A stretch of 60,947 bases of DNA from NCBI GenBank assembly GCA_038063315.1, contig JBBTVI010000027.1, positions 1-60,947 of the forward strand, given 5' to 3'. Source of the stretch: Patescibacteria group bacterium (GTDB lineage Bacteria; Patescibacteriota; Minisyncoccia; Sungbacterales; HO2-52-23). The translations under genes and the position numbers were made by a program. Positions 26,208-34,232 of this stretch are shown piece by piece; the stretch's first letter is position 1; every line of letters begins with the position of its first letter. The notes under the pieces were generated by a model, which worked only from the letters and a program-made list of their open reading frames with translations, made no database searches and had not been told where the DNA came from.

Positions 26208-28868
26208 GTGATGGCTATTGAATGCACTGAAAAAGAGCAAAACGAAAACGATATTGACGGCGCGTCTCCCCTGGGTGAGGAGAACATGGCGCATGCCGAC
26301 GGCCGGCTGCACGCGCTTTTGGGGTATTTCAAAAATCTCCATTCGGTTGCAATTCCGAAGACGTCCGCGGACAATCCGTTTGTGATTCGGGCGCAAAACC
26401 CTCGCTATCCAAAAGTGATGGTGATCAACGCGCCTTTGATCGGAACATTGGAGGCCGCAAATTCCGATGGCCGTATTTTTCAAAACGCCCTTCAATGGGC
26501 TGAGGCCGCGCGCTGCGATGCCGTCATTCTGACGGGTCCGGTTATTTGGTTTCCCACGGAGAAATATGGCAGCCAAAGGCCGACGAAGGTTCAGGTTGTA
26601 AGCGTTCATGTGGATGCGGATCTTATCGCAAAAAGTTATCCGCCGCGCGTTTTGGAAAGTTTGGGCGGAGCCGAAGAGATCCGGCGTCAACAGAGGCCGC
26701 TTTTTTTGACGACGACCGTCTATCTCGAGCATCTGATGCGTATTTTTGCGCGACTGCTCCGTGACAATGCGGGCCGTCTTCTCTTTTCAGGGCCGATTTT
26801 GATGGTGCTCGGCGATATGGAAGAAAATATAGCCAATTACTACGCAAACGAGCAGATTCGTATCGCGGTTTTTGAGGAGCGCCGGCGTGCGAGGAGTCAT
26901 ATAAGGCGCCTTCGGCAAACCGCGCGCCTTGCCCGGCGTTTTGATTCGTTTGATCCGGATGATCTTTCTCCGGCAAAAAAAGCCGCATGGGACAAAGAGT
27001 GCGGTGAATTCGGAATCCCTTTTTCCGAACTCGGAGGGCTCGATATTGCGGCGTTGGAGGACGAAATTTCCCAATGGGAACGTTACAGCGCTTATTACGC
27101 TTTAATGGGCAATGCCGATCCGGAATTCGTCCAACAGCTCATGCCGCAGATGAAGCGTTACATGGCCGCGTGTTTTTCTTCTGCGGCTCCGACAATCACC
27201 GTCGTCGGCATCGGCGATACTTTTTTCCGGATGGGCAGCCACCTGGTGGAAGTGGTTTCCGATAAATCGGGCAACAACATCCGCGGCGGTTTTGCGGGGA
27301 AGCTGCGCCACGGGCTTTATAGTTATGTGAAGGGTCACGAAGGAACCAGCGTCGTTGACGTCATGCTCGGCGCAGGTCTGAATCCGTATCTCACGGAGCT
27401 TTTCGTCACGCACCGCGTGCGCGCCTACGCGGATACTCTCGATGACGTGCGCATGTCTCAGGTATATCAGCTTCCCGCCTGTATTGACGCCGCGCTTTAC
27501 CGCGAGATCGTACGCGGGATGGTCCGCGCGAAAGACGATCTGACGCGTCTTGCGAGTTTTGCCAATCAGGAATCGGGCGCTGTGATTCTCTCGCGCGACG
27601 AGGAGAGCGCGATTCCGAAAACCGAATATTTGGGCAGCGCGTTTCTGACCAATGCCGGGATTTTTTCATCAATGGACGCTTTGGAAAACGCCGTTTCCGG
27701 GCGCGATGGCCGCAGCCAGATGATGTACCACTACAAAGAGGGCTGCACGCATTACGGGGCCGCGCATATCGCGCGCTACCCCGCCCCGGCCGATCCCGAC
27801 CGGCGGTATGTCAAGTATCATTACCAGGTGGTGTTCGAGATGCTCTACAAAAACCGCGTTCCGATCGTCGGGTATGAAAACGACGGGGATATCCAGCAGT
27901 GGTACAACTACGCGGTGCACCGGGAAGGAAATTTTGAACACAAAACGCCGGAAGAAATTCTGGTAATGTTGGACGATCTCGGCCCGGCGCGGAAGGGCCG
28001 GAAAAAGATGCTCGAGGCGCTTATTCTTGAGCAGACGATACTCGGCGGCGTGATTCAGCCGCAGGATCAAATCGTGGGATATGTGGAGTCGCTCCGGCGC
28101 CATTTCCCCTTTTTCCGTGAATTGGTGCTCCGTGCCGCGTCCTGCGGCATTGAGCATGAGGGGCGGCTCGGTATTTTGACCATCGGCCAGGGAAACCACA
28201 ACGACCATACGTGGAAGCACAGCGATGTGCGTTTTGATGAAGGGCGGTGGACCCGCGAGAAACTGCTTCTTGAGTTGATCGTCGCTTACCCGGATCTTGC
28301 GCGCGTCTTGCCGGAGGCGATTTGCGCTCCGAATCTTGACGGTTTGGGGGAGGCGCGGGGGCTTTTCGGTGTCCGTGTCCGCGAGATAGCGGTATCGCAT
28401 AAGAATGGCCGCGAAAGCGCGAGAAAGGGATCGGCATATCGCCGTCCGTATCAATATGGTTTATACATGCTGCATAAACAGGGAACAAGCAAGACAAAAG
28501 ACAACATGAGAGGAATGGTTGAAGGATTCAGCTGGCTCGGAACCGCATCTCAGTATGAATCCGGTCGCTTTACGGTCAATCTCGGAGGGGATGATCACCT
28601 CGGCGGAATGGCTGTCACGCGGAGCGCATTTCATATAAAGACCGGAGGCCAGATGTTTGAAGGGCAATTCGGGAGGCGGCTCCGCTTTCCGGAGCAGAAT
28701 ATTTTTTCCGCGGTTTGGGGAGTGCCGGCGGGCGGTCCCGCGTGGGGGCCACTTGTTTTCATCCCCATTGACTACCGCGCGGTGCGCAAGTACGCGGATA
28801 AACCGTGCGATTTGAGCCCGCAGCTTTTTGATAATTCGTTCCAGCCCGTCTATCAGCGGACAGCGTAG
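26208..28868 (+). CDS. Large orphan protein with possible degenerate calcineurin-like metallophosphoesterase motifs
   Basis: 886-aa uninterrupted ORF with no TM segments. GQGNHNDH (a GNH[DE]-like motif), GYENDGD and LGGDDHLGG occur in the C-terminal half. CDAVILTGP occurs in the N-terminal half. The start could instead be the internal MAHADG. Confidence 0.5.
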   Translation: MMAIECTEKEQNENDIDGASPLGEENMAHADGRLHALLGYFKNLHSVAIPKTSADNPFVIRAQNPRYPKVMVINAPLIGTLEAANSDGRIFQNALQWAEAARCDAVILTGPVIWFPTEKYGSQRPTKVQVVSVHVDADLIAKSYPPRVLESLGGAEEIRRQQRPLFLTTTVYLEHLMRIFARLLRDNAGRLLFSGPILMVLGDMEENIANYYANEQIRIAVFEERRRARSHIRRLRQTARLARRFDSFDPDDLSPAKKAAWDKECGEFGIPFSELGGLDIAALEDEISQWERYSAYYALMGNADPEFVQQLMPQMKRYMAACFSSAAPTITVVGIGDTFFRMGSHLVEVVSDKSGNNIRGGFAGKLRHGLYSYVKGHEGTSVVDVMLGAGLNPYLTELFVTHRVRAYADTLDDVRMSQVYQLPACIDAALYREIVRGMVRAKDDLTRLASFANQESGAVILSRDEESAIPKTEYLGSAFLTNAGIFSSMDALENAVSGRDGRSQMMYHYKEGCTHYGAAHIARYPAPADPDRRYVKYHYQVVFEMLYKNRVPIVGYENDGDIQQWYNYAVHREGNFEHKTPEEILVMLDDLGPARKGRKKMLEALILEQTILGGVIQPQDQIVGYVESLRRHFPFFRELVLRAASCGIEHEGRLGILTIGQGNHNDHTWKHSDVRFDEGRWTREKLLLELIVAYPDLARVLPEAICAPNLDGLGEARGLFGVRVREIAVSHKNGRESARKGSAYRRPYQYGLYMLHKQGTSKTKDNMRGMVEGFSWLGTASQYESGRFTVNLGGDDHLGGMAVTRSAFHIKTGGQMFEGQFGRRLRFPEQNIFSAVWGVPAGGPAWGPLVFIPIDYRAVRKYADKPCDLSPQLFDNSFQPVYQRTA

Positions 28869-28908
28869 TGTTGTTTCGCCGATAAACAAATTTTTCATCA
28901 CCGGACAA

Positions 28909-28937
28909 CCCCTTCGCGCTCGCGGAGGGGATTTTTC
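28909..28937 (+). terminator. Probable intrinsic terminator downstream of the 886-aa ORF
   Basis: CCCCTTCGCG-CTC-GCGGAGGGG imperfect GC stem followed by ATTTTT. Confidence 0.45.
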
Positions 28938-29077
28938 CGTCTGACCCGCGATGCAGCGACGGACTGGAAAAATGCCGCGATCTGCATTAAAGTGAAAATA
29001 CTTCTTCGTACCTTTTTAATTGAATAGTGTGTTGGGGATTTTCAATCAAGGCGCCCGATGGCGCAAAGGAGTTTGGC

Positions 29078-31519
29078 ATGGGACGGAAAAATTCCGCCAA
29101 AGACCGCACGCATCCGGTTCTTCCGGTTTTTCCACTGATTCTACCCGTGATTTTCCCGGGCGCGGAGTATGAACAGATTCTTGAATTCGAGGATGACGAA
29201 AGCGCGGGACGGGCCAAAAAATTTCTCGGCCGTTTCGGACGCATTATCGCCGCAAACGTCCGGGATCCGGCTAACCCGGACCGGTCGCTGGATAATCTCC
29301 TTCCGGTCAATATGCTCTGTCGTGTTCTTGCGGCAACAGCTGACCGGCAGTTGATTCTGAATTTGACAGGGCATTGGCGCGTTTTTATCAAAGATATATC
29401 CGTCGGCGGAGTGTTGCCGTCGGTGCAATGGGCGCGTATGCCGGAAGAGAATGTCGGGGCGGATGAGATCGCAACTCAGGATGTATTGGAGCCGCTTCGC
29501 ATTGTGCGCGATTGCTTCGCGCGATTGATTCATCCTCACATTCCTCCCCTGTGGATGAACGCGGTTTCGCCGCGCACATTACCGATTTTAATAGATGCCG
29601 TATCGTGGACTCTTGCGCGGAGCGAAAGCGAAAAAATCGCGGGCGATCTTTTTCAGATTTTGTGCGATCCGCGCGTCCTTCGGCGTCTGGCGTTTCTTGC
29701 GGAACTGCTTGAGCGTATCGTTCGAAATCCGGGCCTCATGGGCGCGGACGCATTTTCGGTGCCCGTGGAACAGGACAAGGAGGGGTCGAAATCCGATCAC
29801 CCGTTGAATCGCCGGTACGGCGCAATCAAGGACCGGCTTCCGGCGATTGTCCGCCAGCGCATCGAGGAGTTGTTGCCTCACGTGGCCGGAGAGTCGGAGA
29901 CGAGCCACATTAATGCGCGGTACGTCGAAGTTCTTCTGCAGCTTCCCTGGGCCGACAGCACGAATGACCCTGTTGATTTTCAGCGCGTGCGCGCGGTTCT
30001 GGAGGAAGATCATTGGGGTCTTGATAAGGTGAAGGAGCGGATTCCTGAGTTTCTCGCGACTCAACGCTGTAATCCGAAGTCGCGCGGGTCAATTCTTTGT
30101 TTTGTGGGGCCTCCGGGCGTGGGCAAGACCTCTCTCGGGGCCTCCATCGCGCGCGCTTTGGGGAGAAAATTCGAGCGCATGAGCTTGGGCGGGGTGCACG
30201 ACGAGGCGGAAATCCGCGGACACCGGCGCACCTACATCGGCGCATTGCCTGGCAGGATTTTACAGGCGATCCGCCGGGCCGGAACGAATAATCCGGTTCT
30301 GATGCTTGATGAGATAGACAAGCTGGGCCGTAGCGGCCATGGCGATCCGGCATCAGCCCTTCTCGAAATTCTGGATCCTGCGCAAAACAACACGTTTTAT
30401 GACAACTATCTGGATTTGCCGTTTGACTTGTCGCGTGTGTTTTTCATCACAACGGCCAATACGCTTGATTCAATTCCGTCCGCGCTGCTCGACCGGATGG
30501 AGATTGTGCATCTTGCCTGTTACGGCGCCGAGGAGAAGGCCGAGATTGCGCGGCGCTTCACTATCCGCCAACTTCACGAGGATTACGGCATGGTATCGGC
30601 CGATGCATCGCTTCCCCATTGCCCGCCGGTAACGGTTTCGTTTACGGACCCGGCCCTGCGGTTAATTGTCTCGCGTTACACCGCCGACGGCGGAATGCGT
30701 GAAACCGAGCAGAGGATCGGGACAATTCTTCGTAAAATTCTTCTCGCGTCTGCAATGGGCGAGACGCCGGCGTTCGTTGTGACGGCGCGCAATGTCAAAA
30801 AGTATCTGGGCGATCCGCCGGTGCGTGAATGGTTTCCCGATCTCGGGTTTTTGCGTCCGGGCGTTGCCGTGGTGATCTATGTGACCACAAACGGCAATGG
30901 CGAGATCGGCTGCGTGGAGGCCAGCTACAGACCGAGTAGCCATTTCGACTGTCTGAGCACGGGCTCTTTGGGAGATGTTTTGGCCGAATCCGTTGAGGTC
31001 GCGATTGACCGCCTGATCCATACGGGCGGGGTGCTCGAAGGAATTTCCAACAAGATTTTTATCCACGTTCATTTTCCGAAGGGCGCAACGCCCAAGGACG
31101 GACCGTCGGCCGGCCTCCAGACGTTTGCCGCGTGCTTTTCTGTTTTGATCAGAGAGCCCCTGAAGCCATATTTTGCGGCAACGGGCGAGATTGCGCTGGC
31201 GCAGGGGACGGTGTTCCCGGTGGGCGGGATCCGCGCAAAACTGCTTGCGGCCGAGCGCGCGGGCATCCGCGAGGTTGTCATTCCGCGCGCCAATGCGAAG
31301 GACCTGGCGGATCTTTCTCCGGCGATGCGCGCTCGTACGGATGTGATCGAGACGCGCCGTCTGCGTAAGACACTGCAGGCGGTTTCACGCGAGAAAAAAA
31401 CGCGCTTCACCGTCTATTGTGTTGACAAGCCGGAAGAAGTTCTTGCGCTTGCGTTTCCCGACCATTTCCCTCCGTCGCCGGAGGTATTGAGCGTCCTGAC
31501 CGGAGGCGGTGCCATATAA
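29078..31519 (+). CDS. lon: ATP-dependent Lon protease (LonA architecture)
   Basis: Start chosen at 29078, which has AAGGAG 7 nt upstream. LON N-domain (LPVFPLILPVIFPG), Walker A GPPGVGKTS, Walker B LMLDEIDK, catalytic PKDGPSAG and GGIRAKLLAAERAG (Ser-Lys dyad). Confidence 0.9.
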   Translation: MGRKNSAKDRTHPVLPVFPLILPVIFPGAEYEQILEFEDDESAGRAKKFLGRFGRIIAANVRDPANPDRSLDNLLPVNMLCRVLAATADRQLILNLTGHWRVFIKDISVGGVLPSVQWARMPEENVGADEIATQDVLEPLRIVRDCFARLIHPHIPPLWMNAVSPRTLPILIDAVSWTLARSESEKIAGDLFQILCDPRVLRRLAFLAELLERIVRNPGLMGADAFSVPVEQDKEGSKSDHPLNRRYGAIKDRLPAIVRQRIEELLPHVAGESETSHINARYVEVLLQLPWADSTNDPVDFQRVRAVLEEDHWGLDKVKERIPEFLATQRCNPKSRGSILCFVGPPGVGKTSLGASIARALGRKFERMSLGGVHDEAEIRGHRRTYIGALPGRILQAIRRAGTNNPVLMLDEIDKLGRSGHGDPASALLEILDPAQNNTFYDNYLDLPFDLSRVFFITTANTLDSIPSALLDRMEIVHLACYGAEEKAEIARRFTIRQLHEDYGMVSADASLPHCPPVTVSFTDPALRLIVSRYTADGGMRETEQRIGTILRKILLASAMGETPAFVVTARNVKKYLGDPPVREWFPDLGFLRPGVAVVIYVTTNGNGEIGCVEASYRPSSHFDCLSTGSLGDVLAESVEVAIDRLIHTGGVLEGISNKIFIHVHFPKGATPKDGPSAGLQTFAACFSVLIREPLKPYFAATGEIALAQGTVFPVGGIRAKLLAAERAGIREVVIPRANAKDLADLSPAMRARTDVIETRRLRKTLQAVSREKKTRFTVYCVDKPEEVLALAFPDHFPPSPEVLSVLTGGGAI

Positions 31520-31526
31520 CCATTTT

Positions 31527-31556
31527 AACAGGGTGGAAATTTCACCCTGTTTTTTG
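31527..31556 (+). terminator. Intrinsic terminator downstream of lon
   Basis: AACAGGGTG-GAAATT-TCACCCTGTT stem-loop followed by TTTTT, 8 nt after the lon stop. Confidence 0.7.
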
Positions 31557-31574
31557 TATATTTGTAAGAATAGG

Positions 31575-31700
31575 ACTTTGGCAAATTTGCTTGATGTCTT
31601 TTTACACGCGTTGATGGAGGCGTATGAGGAGGTTAAACCTCCAATGAGTACATGTCTTCTGACAGATATTGCATCGTTTTCGGGAAATTTGCTAAAGTTC
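31575..31700 (+). mobile_element. Family D MITE-like element (complete, short-core form)
   Basis: Termini ACTTTGGCAAATTTGC and GGAAATTTGCTAAAGTTC form ~15-bp imperfect TIRs. Core GGCGTATGAGGAGGTTAAACCTCCAATGAGTACATGTCTTCTGA. Confidence 0.85.
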
Positions 31701-31712
31701 AAAAAACGCCAT

Positions 31713-32741
31713 ATGATCCACCGTAAATTATTCATCACAGCGGTTGGGACGTTACTCGCCATTATTTTTCTGGCCATAGAAATATACGCGCCGCATACTT
31801 TTTTTGAGGGAACGAAGCCCATTACAATCCCTTCGGACTCCGGAGCGCGCGCCATCGGGAGCATTCTGAAGACGGAGGGCGCGATCCGTTCCCGCTGGGT
31901 CTTTGTCTTATACGCGGCATTGACCGGACAGGCCTCGGCACTCAAGCCAGGACGCTATGTCTTCAGTTCGCGCGATACAATTCCGGCCATCGCGCGGGCT
32001 ATCGCCGAGGGCCGCGCCGTCTATGTTGAGGTCGTCATTCCTGAAGGGTGGACTGCGGAAGATATCGCGAGTCGCCTGTTCCGACTCGATGTACTGACAA
32101 AAGACATCTTTCTGTCTTTTGTCAGTACTCCGCCGGGTGGATTTGCCGCGCGTTTTGATTTCTTGGGGTCCGGCGCGTCGGCGCCCCGCCAATCGCTGGA
32201 AGGATATCTTTTTCCGGATACATACCGCTTCAGCGCCGGAGGAGAGGCGGAGGCAGTGGCTGATGCGTTTCTAAAAAACTTCGGAGCCAAACTGACTCCG
32301 GCGCTGCGCGCCGCCGCGGAGAATCGCGGCCGGACGATTCGGGATATCGTCATTATGGCCTCTATTCTTGAGCGAGAGGTTGTCTCCAATGATGATCGCG
32401 CGGTGGTCTCCGGTATTTTATGGAAGCGCCTTAAGGCGGGGATGCCGCTTCAGGTGGATGCGACGATCAGCTACATTCTCAAGATAGAGGCCGGGGCTGG
32501 GCAGCGGCCGGACGGCAAACTGACCACCGACGATCTCGCCATTGATTCGCCGTATAATACCTATAAATTCGCGGGTCTTCCCTCGGGGCCCATCGGAAAT
32601 CCGGGCATTTCGGCCATCGCGGCCGCCATTGATCCGAGGGAGACGCCGTATCTTTATTATCTGTCGCGGCCGGACGGCGTTACTGTTTTTTCGCGCACAC
32701 TCAAAGAACACAACGCCGCAAAGGCGCGTTATTTGAGGTAG
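31713..32741 (+). CDS. mltG: Endolytic murein transglycosylase MltG (YceG-like)
   Basis: ORF trimmed to the ATG at 31713, because the upstream codons are a family D element. N-terminal TM. LEGYLFPDTY, ASILEREV, LQVDATISY and YNTYKFAGLPSGPIGNPG motifs. Confidence 0.85.
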   Translation: MIHRKLFITAVGTLLAIIFLAIEIYAPHTFFEGTKPITIPSDSGARAIGSILKTEGAIRSRWVFVLYAALTGQASALKPGRYVFSSRDTIPAIARAIAEGRAVYVEVVIPEGWTAEDIASRLFRLDVLTKDIFLSFVSTPPGGFAARFDFLGSGASAPRQSLEGYLFPDTYRFSAGGEAEAVADAFLKNFGAKLTPALRAAAENRGRTIRDIVIMASILEREVVSNDDRAVVSGILWKRLKAGMPLQVDATISYILKIEAGAGQRPDGKLTTDDLAIDSPYNTYKFAGLPSGPIGNPGISAIAAAIDPRETPYLYYLSRPDGVTVFSRTLKEHNAAKARYLR

Positions 32742-32748
32742 GATTCGC

Positions 32749-32775
32749 TTGACGGGCAAAGGAGGAAAGTATAAT
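32749..32775 (+). promoter_or_regulatory. Candidate sigma70-type promoter for the vapBC pair
   Basis: TTGACG (32749-32754) and TATAAT (32770-32775) with a 15-nt spacer, about 30 nt upstream of the antitoxin ATG. The spacer is shorter than optimal. Confidence 0.35.
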
Positions 32776-32805
32776 ATGTAAAACGAAATCTTAAAAGTAA
32801 AACTT

Positions 32806-33048
32806 ATGTCAACGGTCAAACTGTCCCAAAAATATCAAATGGTCGTGCCAAAGGAGATACGAAAAAAAATGCGGCTGAGCGCCGGCGTTCGTGTGTCGTT
32901 ATATCCGATTGATGAAGACAGGGCGCTTTTGGTCAAACATCCGAAAGATCCTGTGCGGGCGCTCAAGGGTCTTGGCAAGGAAATATGGAAGTCGCTGGGC
33001 GGGGTGGATGCGTATATACGGAATGAGCGCGATTCATGGAAGGCGTAA
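32806..33048 (+). CDS. AbrB/MazE/SpoVT-type antitoxin (VapB-like)
   Basis: 80 aa. KLSQKYQMVVPKEIRKKMRL is a swapped-hairpin motif. Overlaps the PIN gene by 13 nt. Confidence 0.7.
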   Translation: MSTVKLSQKYQMVVPKEIRKKMRLSAGVRVSLYPIDEDRALLVKHPKDPVRALKGLGKEIWKSLGGVDAYIRNERDSWKA

Positions 33049-33443
33049 TCGGCATAGACAGTACGGTGTTTATGTATCTTCTCGCCGAGGATAGACGCTA
33101 TTTGGCGCGCGTGGAACGGCTTTTGTCCGACGTGCGGGACGGCAAAATCAACGGGATCTTTTCATGCATCGGGTTGATTGAACTCCTGACGGGTCCGAAA
33201 AAACGCGGACAGTATGATATTGCATCGCGGTATCGCGAGATCATCGGGCAATTTCCCCATCTTTCCATCCGCGGGCTCAATGAGCGCATTGTGGATCTTG
33301 CCTCCACTCTCCGCGCGGAGTATGGTTTGCGGACGCCGGATGCGATTCACATTGCAACGGCAATTGACGGGGGCGCGATTGCGTTTGTCACCAATGACAG
33401 GCGGCTTAAAAAAGTGAAGGAAATACGGATTGATTTGCTGTAA
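33036..33443 (+). CDS. vapC: PIN-domain ribonuclease toxin VapC
   Basis: 135 aa. VIGIDSTVFMY (first acidic residue), ELLTG, PDAIHIATAI, FVTND. Confidence 0.8.
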   Translation: MEGVIGIDSTVFMYLLAEDRRYLARVERLLSDVRDGKINGIFSCIGLIELLTGPKKRGQYDIASRYREIIGQFPHLSIRGLNERIVDLASTLRAEYGLRTPDAIHIATAIDGGAIAFVTNDRRLKKVKEIRIDLL

Positions 33444-33491
33444 GAAATCTTGCGGGCCTCAGACGGAAAAACCGTTCTTTTGAAAACGCAT

Positions 33492-33573
33492 GGTGGGTTC
33501 GCCTAATGGTAGGGCATCGGTCTTGAAAACCGACGGGCGAAAGCCCTTGCAGGTTCGAGTCCTGCACCCACCG
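33492..33573 (+). tRNA. tRNA-Ser (anticodon UGA)
   Basis: Hand-folded. Acceptor stem GGTGGGT/ACCCACC, 3-bp D stem GCC/GGC, anticodon stem TCGGT/ACCGA with loop CTTGAAA, long variable arm CGGGCGAAAGCCCTT, T arm GCAGG-TTCGAGT-CCTGC, discriminator G. No encoded CCA. Confidence 0.9.
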
Positions 33574-33761
33574 CACTATTTCCTACCAGTCGTTTGTAAC
33601 CCCTCACCGCTCAAGGGAGAATGGCTTGGACTGCGACAACCGAGCGAGTGTGGGAAGGAAGTTCCCACGATTCATGGTTTCCACCTTGGGAGCTGGACAC
33701 CCTCGCCTTTAGGCGAGGCCTTTCAGGTCAATAACTCCCGTGTTAGCATGATTCAATAAAA

Positions 33762-33932
33762 TTGCAGGAGGAATTCCCGGAACTGCGGAAACGGTACTGG
33801 GGACAGCATTTCTGGGCGCGCGGCTACTTCTGTGTGTCATCGGGTAATGTCACGGACGAAGCGATTCGAGAGTACCTTGCCGGACATGCGGATAAACATG
33901 CTCATGAGATTACCGTTGAGGGACAACTTTAG
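33762..33932 (+). pseudogene. C-terminal fragment of an IS200/IS605-family Y1 transposase (tnpA relic)
   Basis: Translates to LQEEFPELRKRYWGQHFWARGYFCVSSGNVTDEAIREYLAGH..., the conserved C-terminal Tyr helix region of TnpA. The HUH half is absent, with an in-frame stop just upstream. Flanked by similar YCGCCTTTARGCGR hairpins at about 33706-33724 and 33958-33978. Confidence 0.7.
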
Positions 33933-34202
33933 AGGACTTTCAGTCCTTATTCCAATCTATCGCCTTTAAGCGATAGTGGTTGAAGGACAGGAGTATAGTA
34001 ATTGCAATGCTCTATATAGGAGCAAACGCCTGAGCTTTTTGCTGGACCGTAAGATGGACAACGACACAGCCGGGAGGCCTGTTTCGCCTCCAATCCAGCT
34101 GTTGTCCATCGCCCGCCATTGTTCCTTTTAGCTCTTTCTTTCCAATAACAAGCGCCCGCCTCCTTGATGGTTGCGGGCACCTCCAAATTCAATCTTTTTT
34201 CG

Positions 34203-34231
34203 GCCTATGCACATTGCATAGGCGTTTTTTT
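34203..34231 (+). terminator. Plus-strand intrinsic terminator abutting the pheT stop codon
   Basis: GCCTATGCA-CAT-TGCATAGGC perfect 9-bp stem followed by G and T7 on the plus strand. On the minus strand the stem is followed by CGAAAAAAG, so it does not look like the pheT terminator. Confidence 0.6.
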
Positions 34232-34232
34232 A

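Noticed and set aside
29027-31519. The Lon-like protease as a defence-island component (BrxL-like), partnered with the upstream 886-aa orphan.
   Set aside because: The protein has the complete LonA architecture (LON N-domain, AAA+ module with Walker A/B, Ser-Lys protease). It has its own SD and start and sits among housekeeping genes. No other BREX or defence genes are present.
33492-33573. A tRNA with a long variable arm and a UGA-related anticodon might be tRNA-Sec.
   Set aside because: The anticodon read from the loop CTTGAAA is UGA, which decodes UCA (Ser), not UCA, which would decode UGA. The acceptor and D-arm geometry is that of a standard class II tRNA-Ser.
33700-33950. The GAAAGTCC / GAAAGGCC words on the minus strand (in GGACTTTCAGTCC and GGCCTTTCAGGTC) recalled the RNase P RNA P4 motif. 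The GC hairpin at 34060-34110 recalled SRP RNA.
   Set aside because: The surrounding sequence lacks the rest of the RNase P conserved regions and the SRP GGAA/AGCA domain IV motifs. The words are better explained as small hairpins flanking the IS200 relic.
34203-34231. The stem-loop next to the pheT stop as the pheT terminator.
   Set aside because: The U-tract follows the stem only on the plus strand. On the pheT (minus) strand the stem is followed by CGAAAAAAG.
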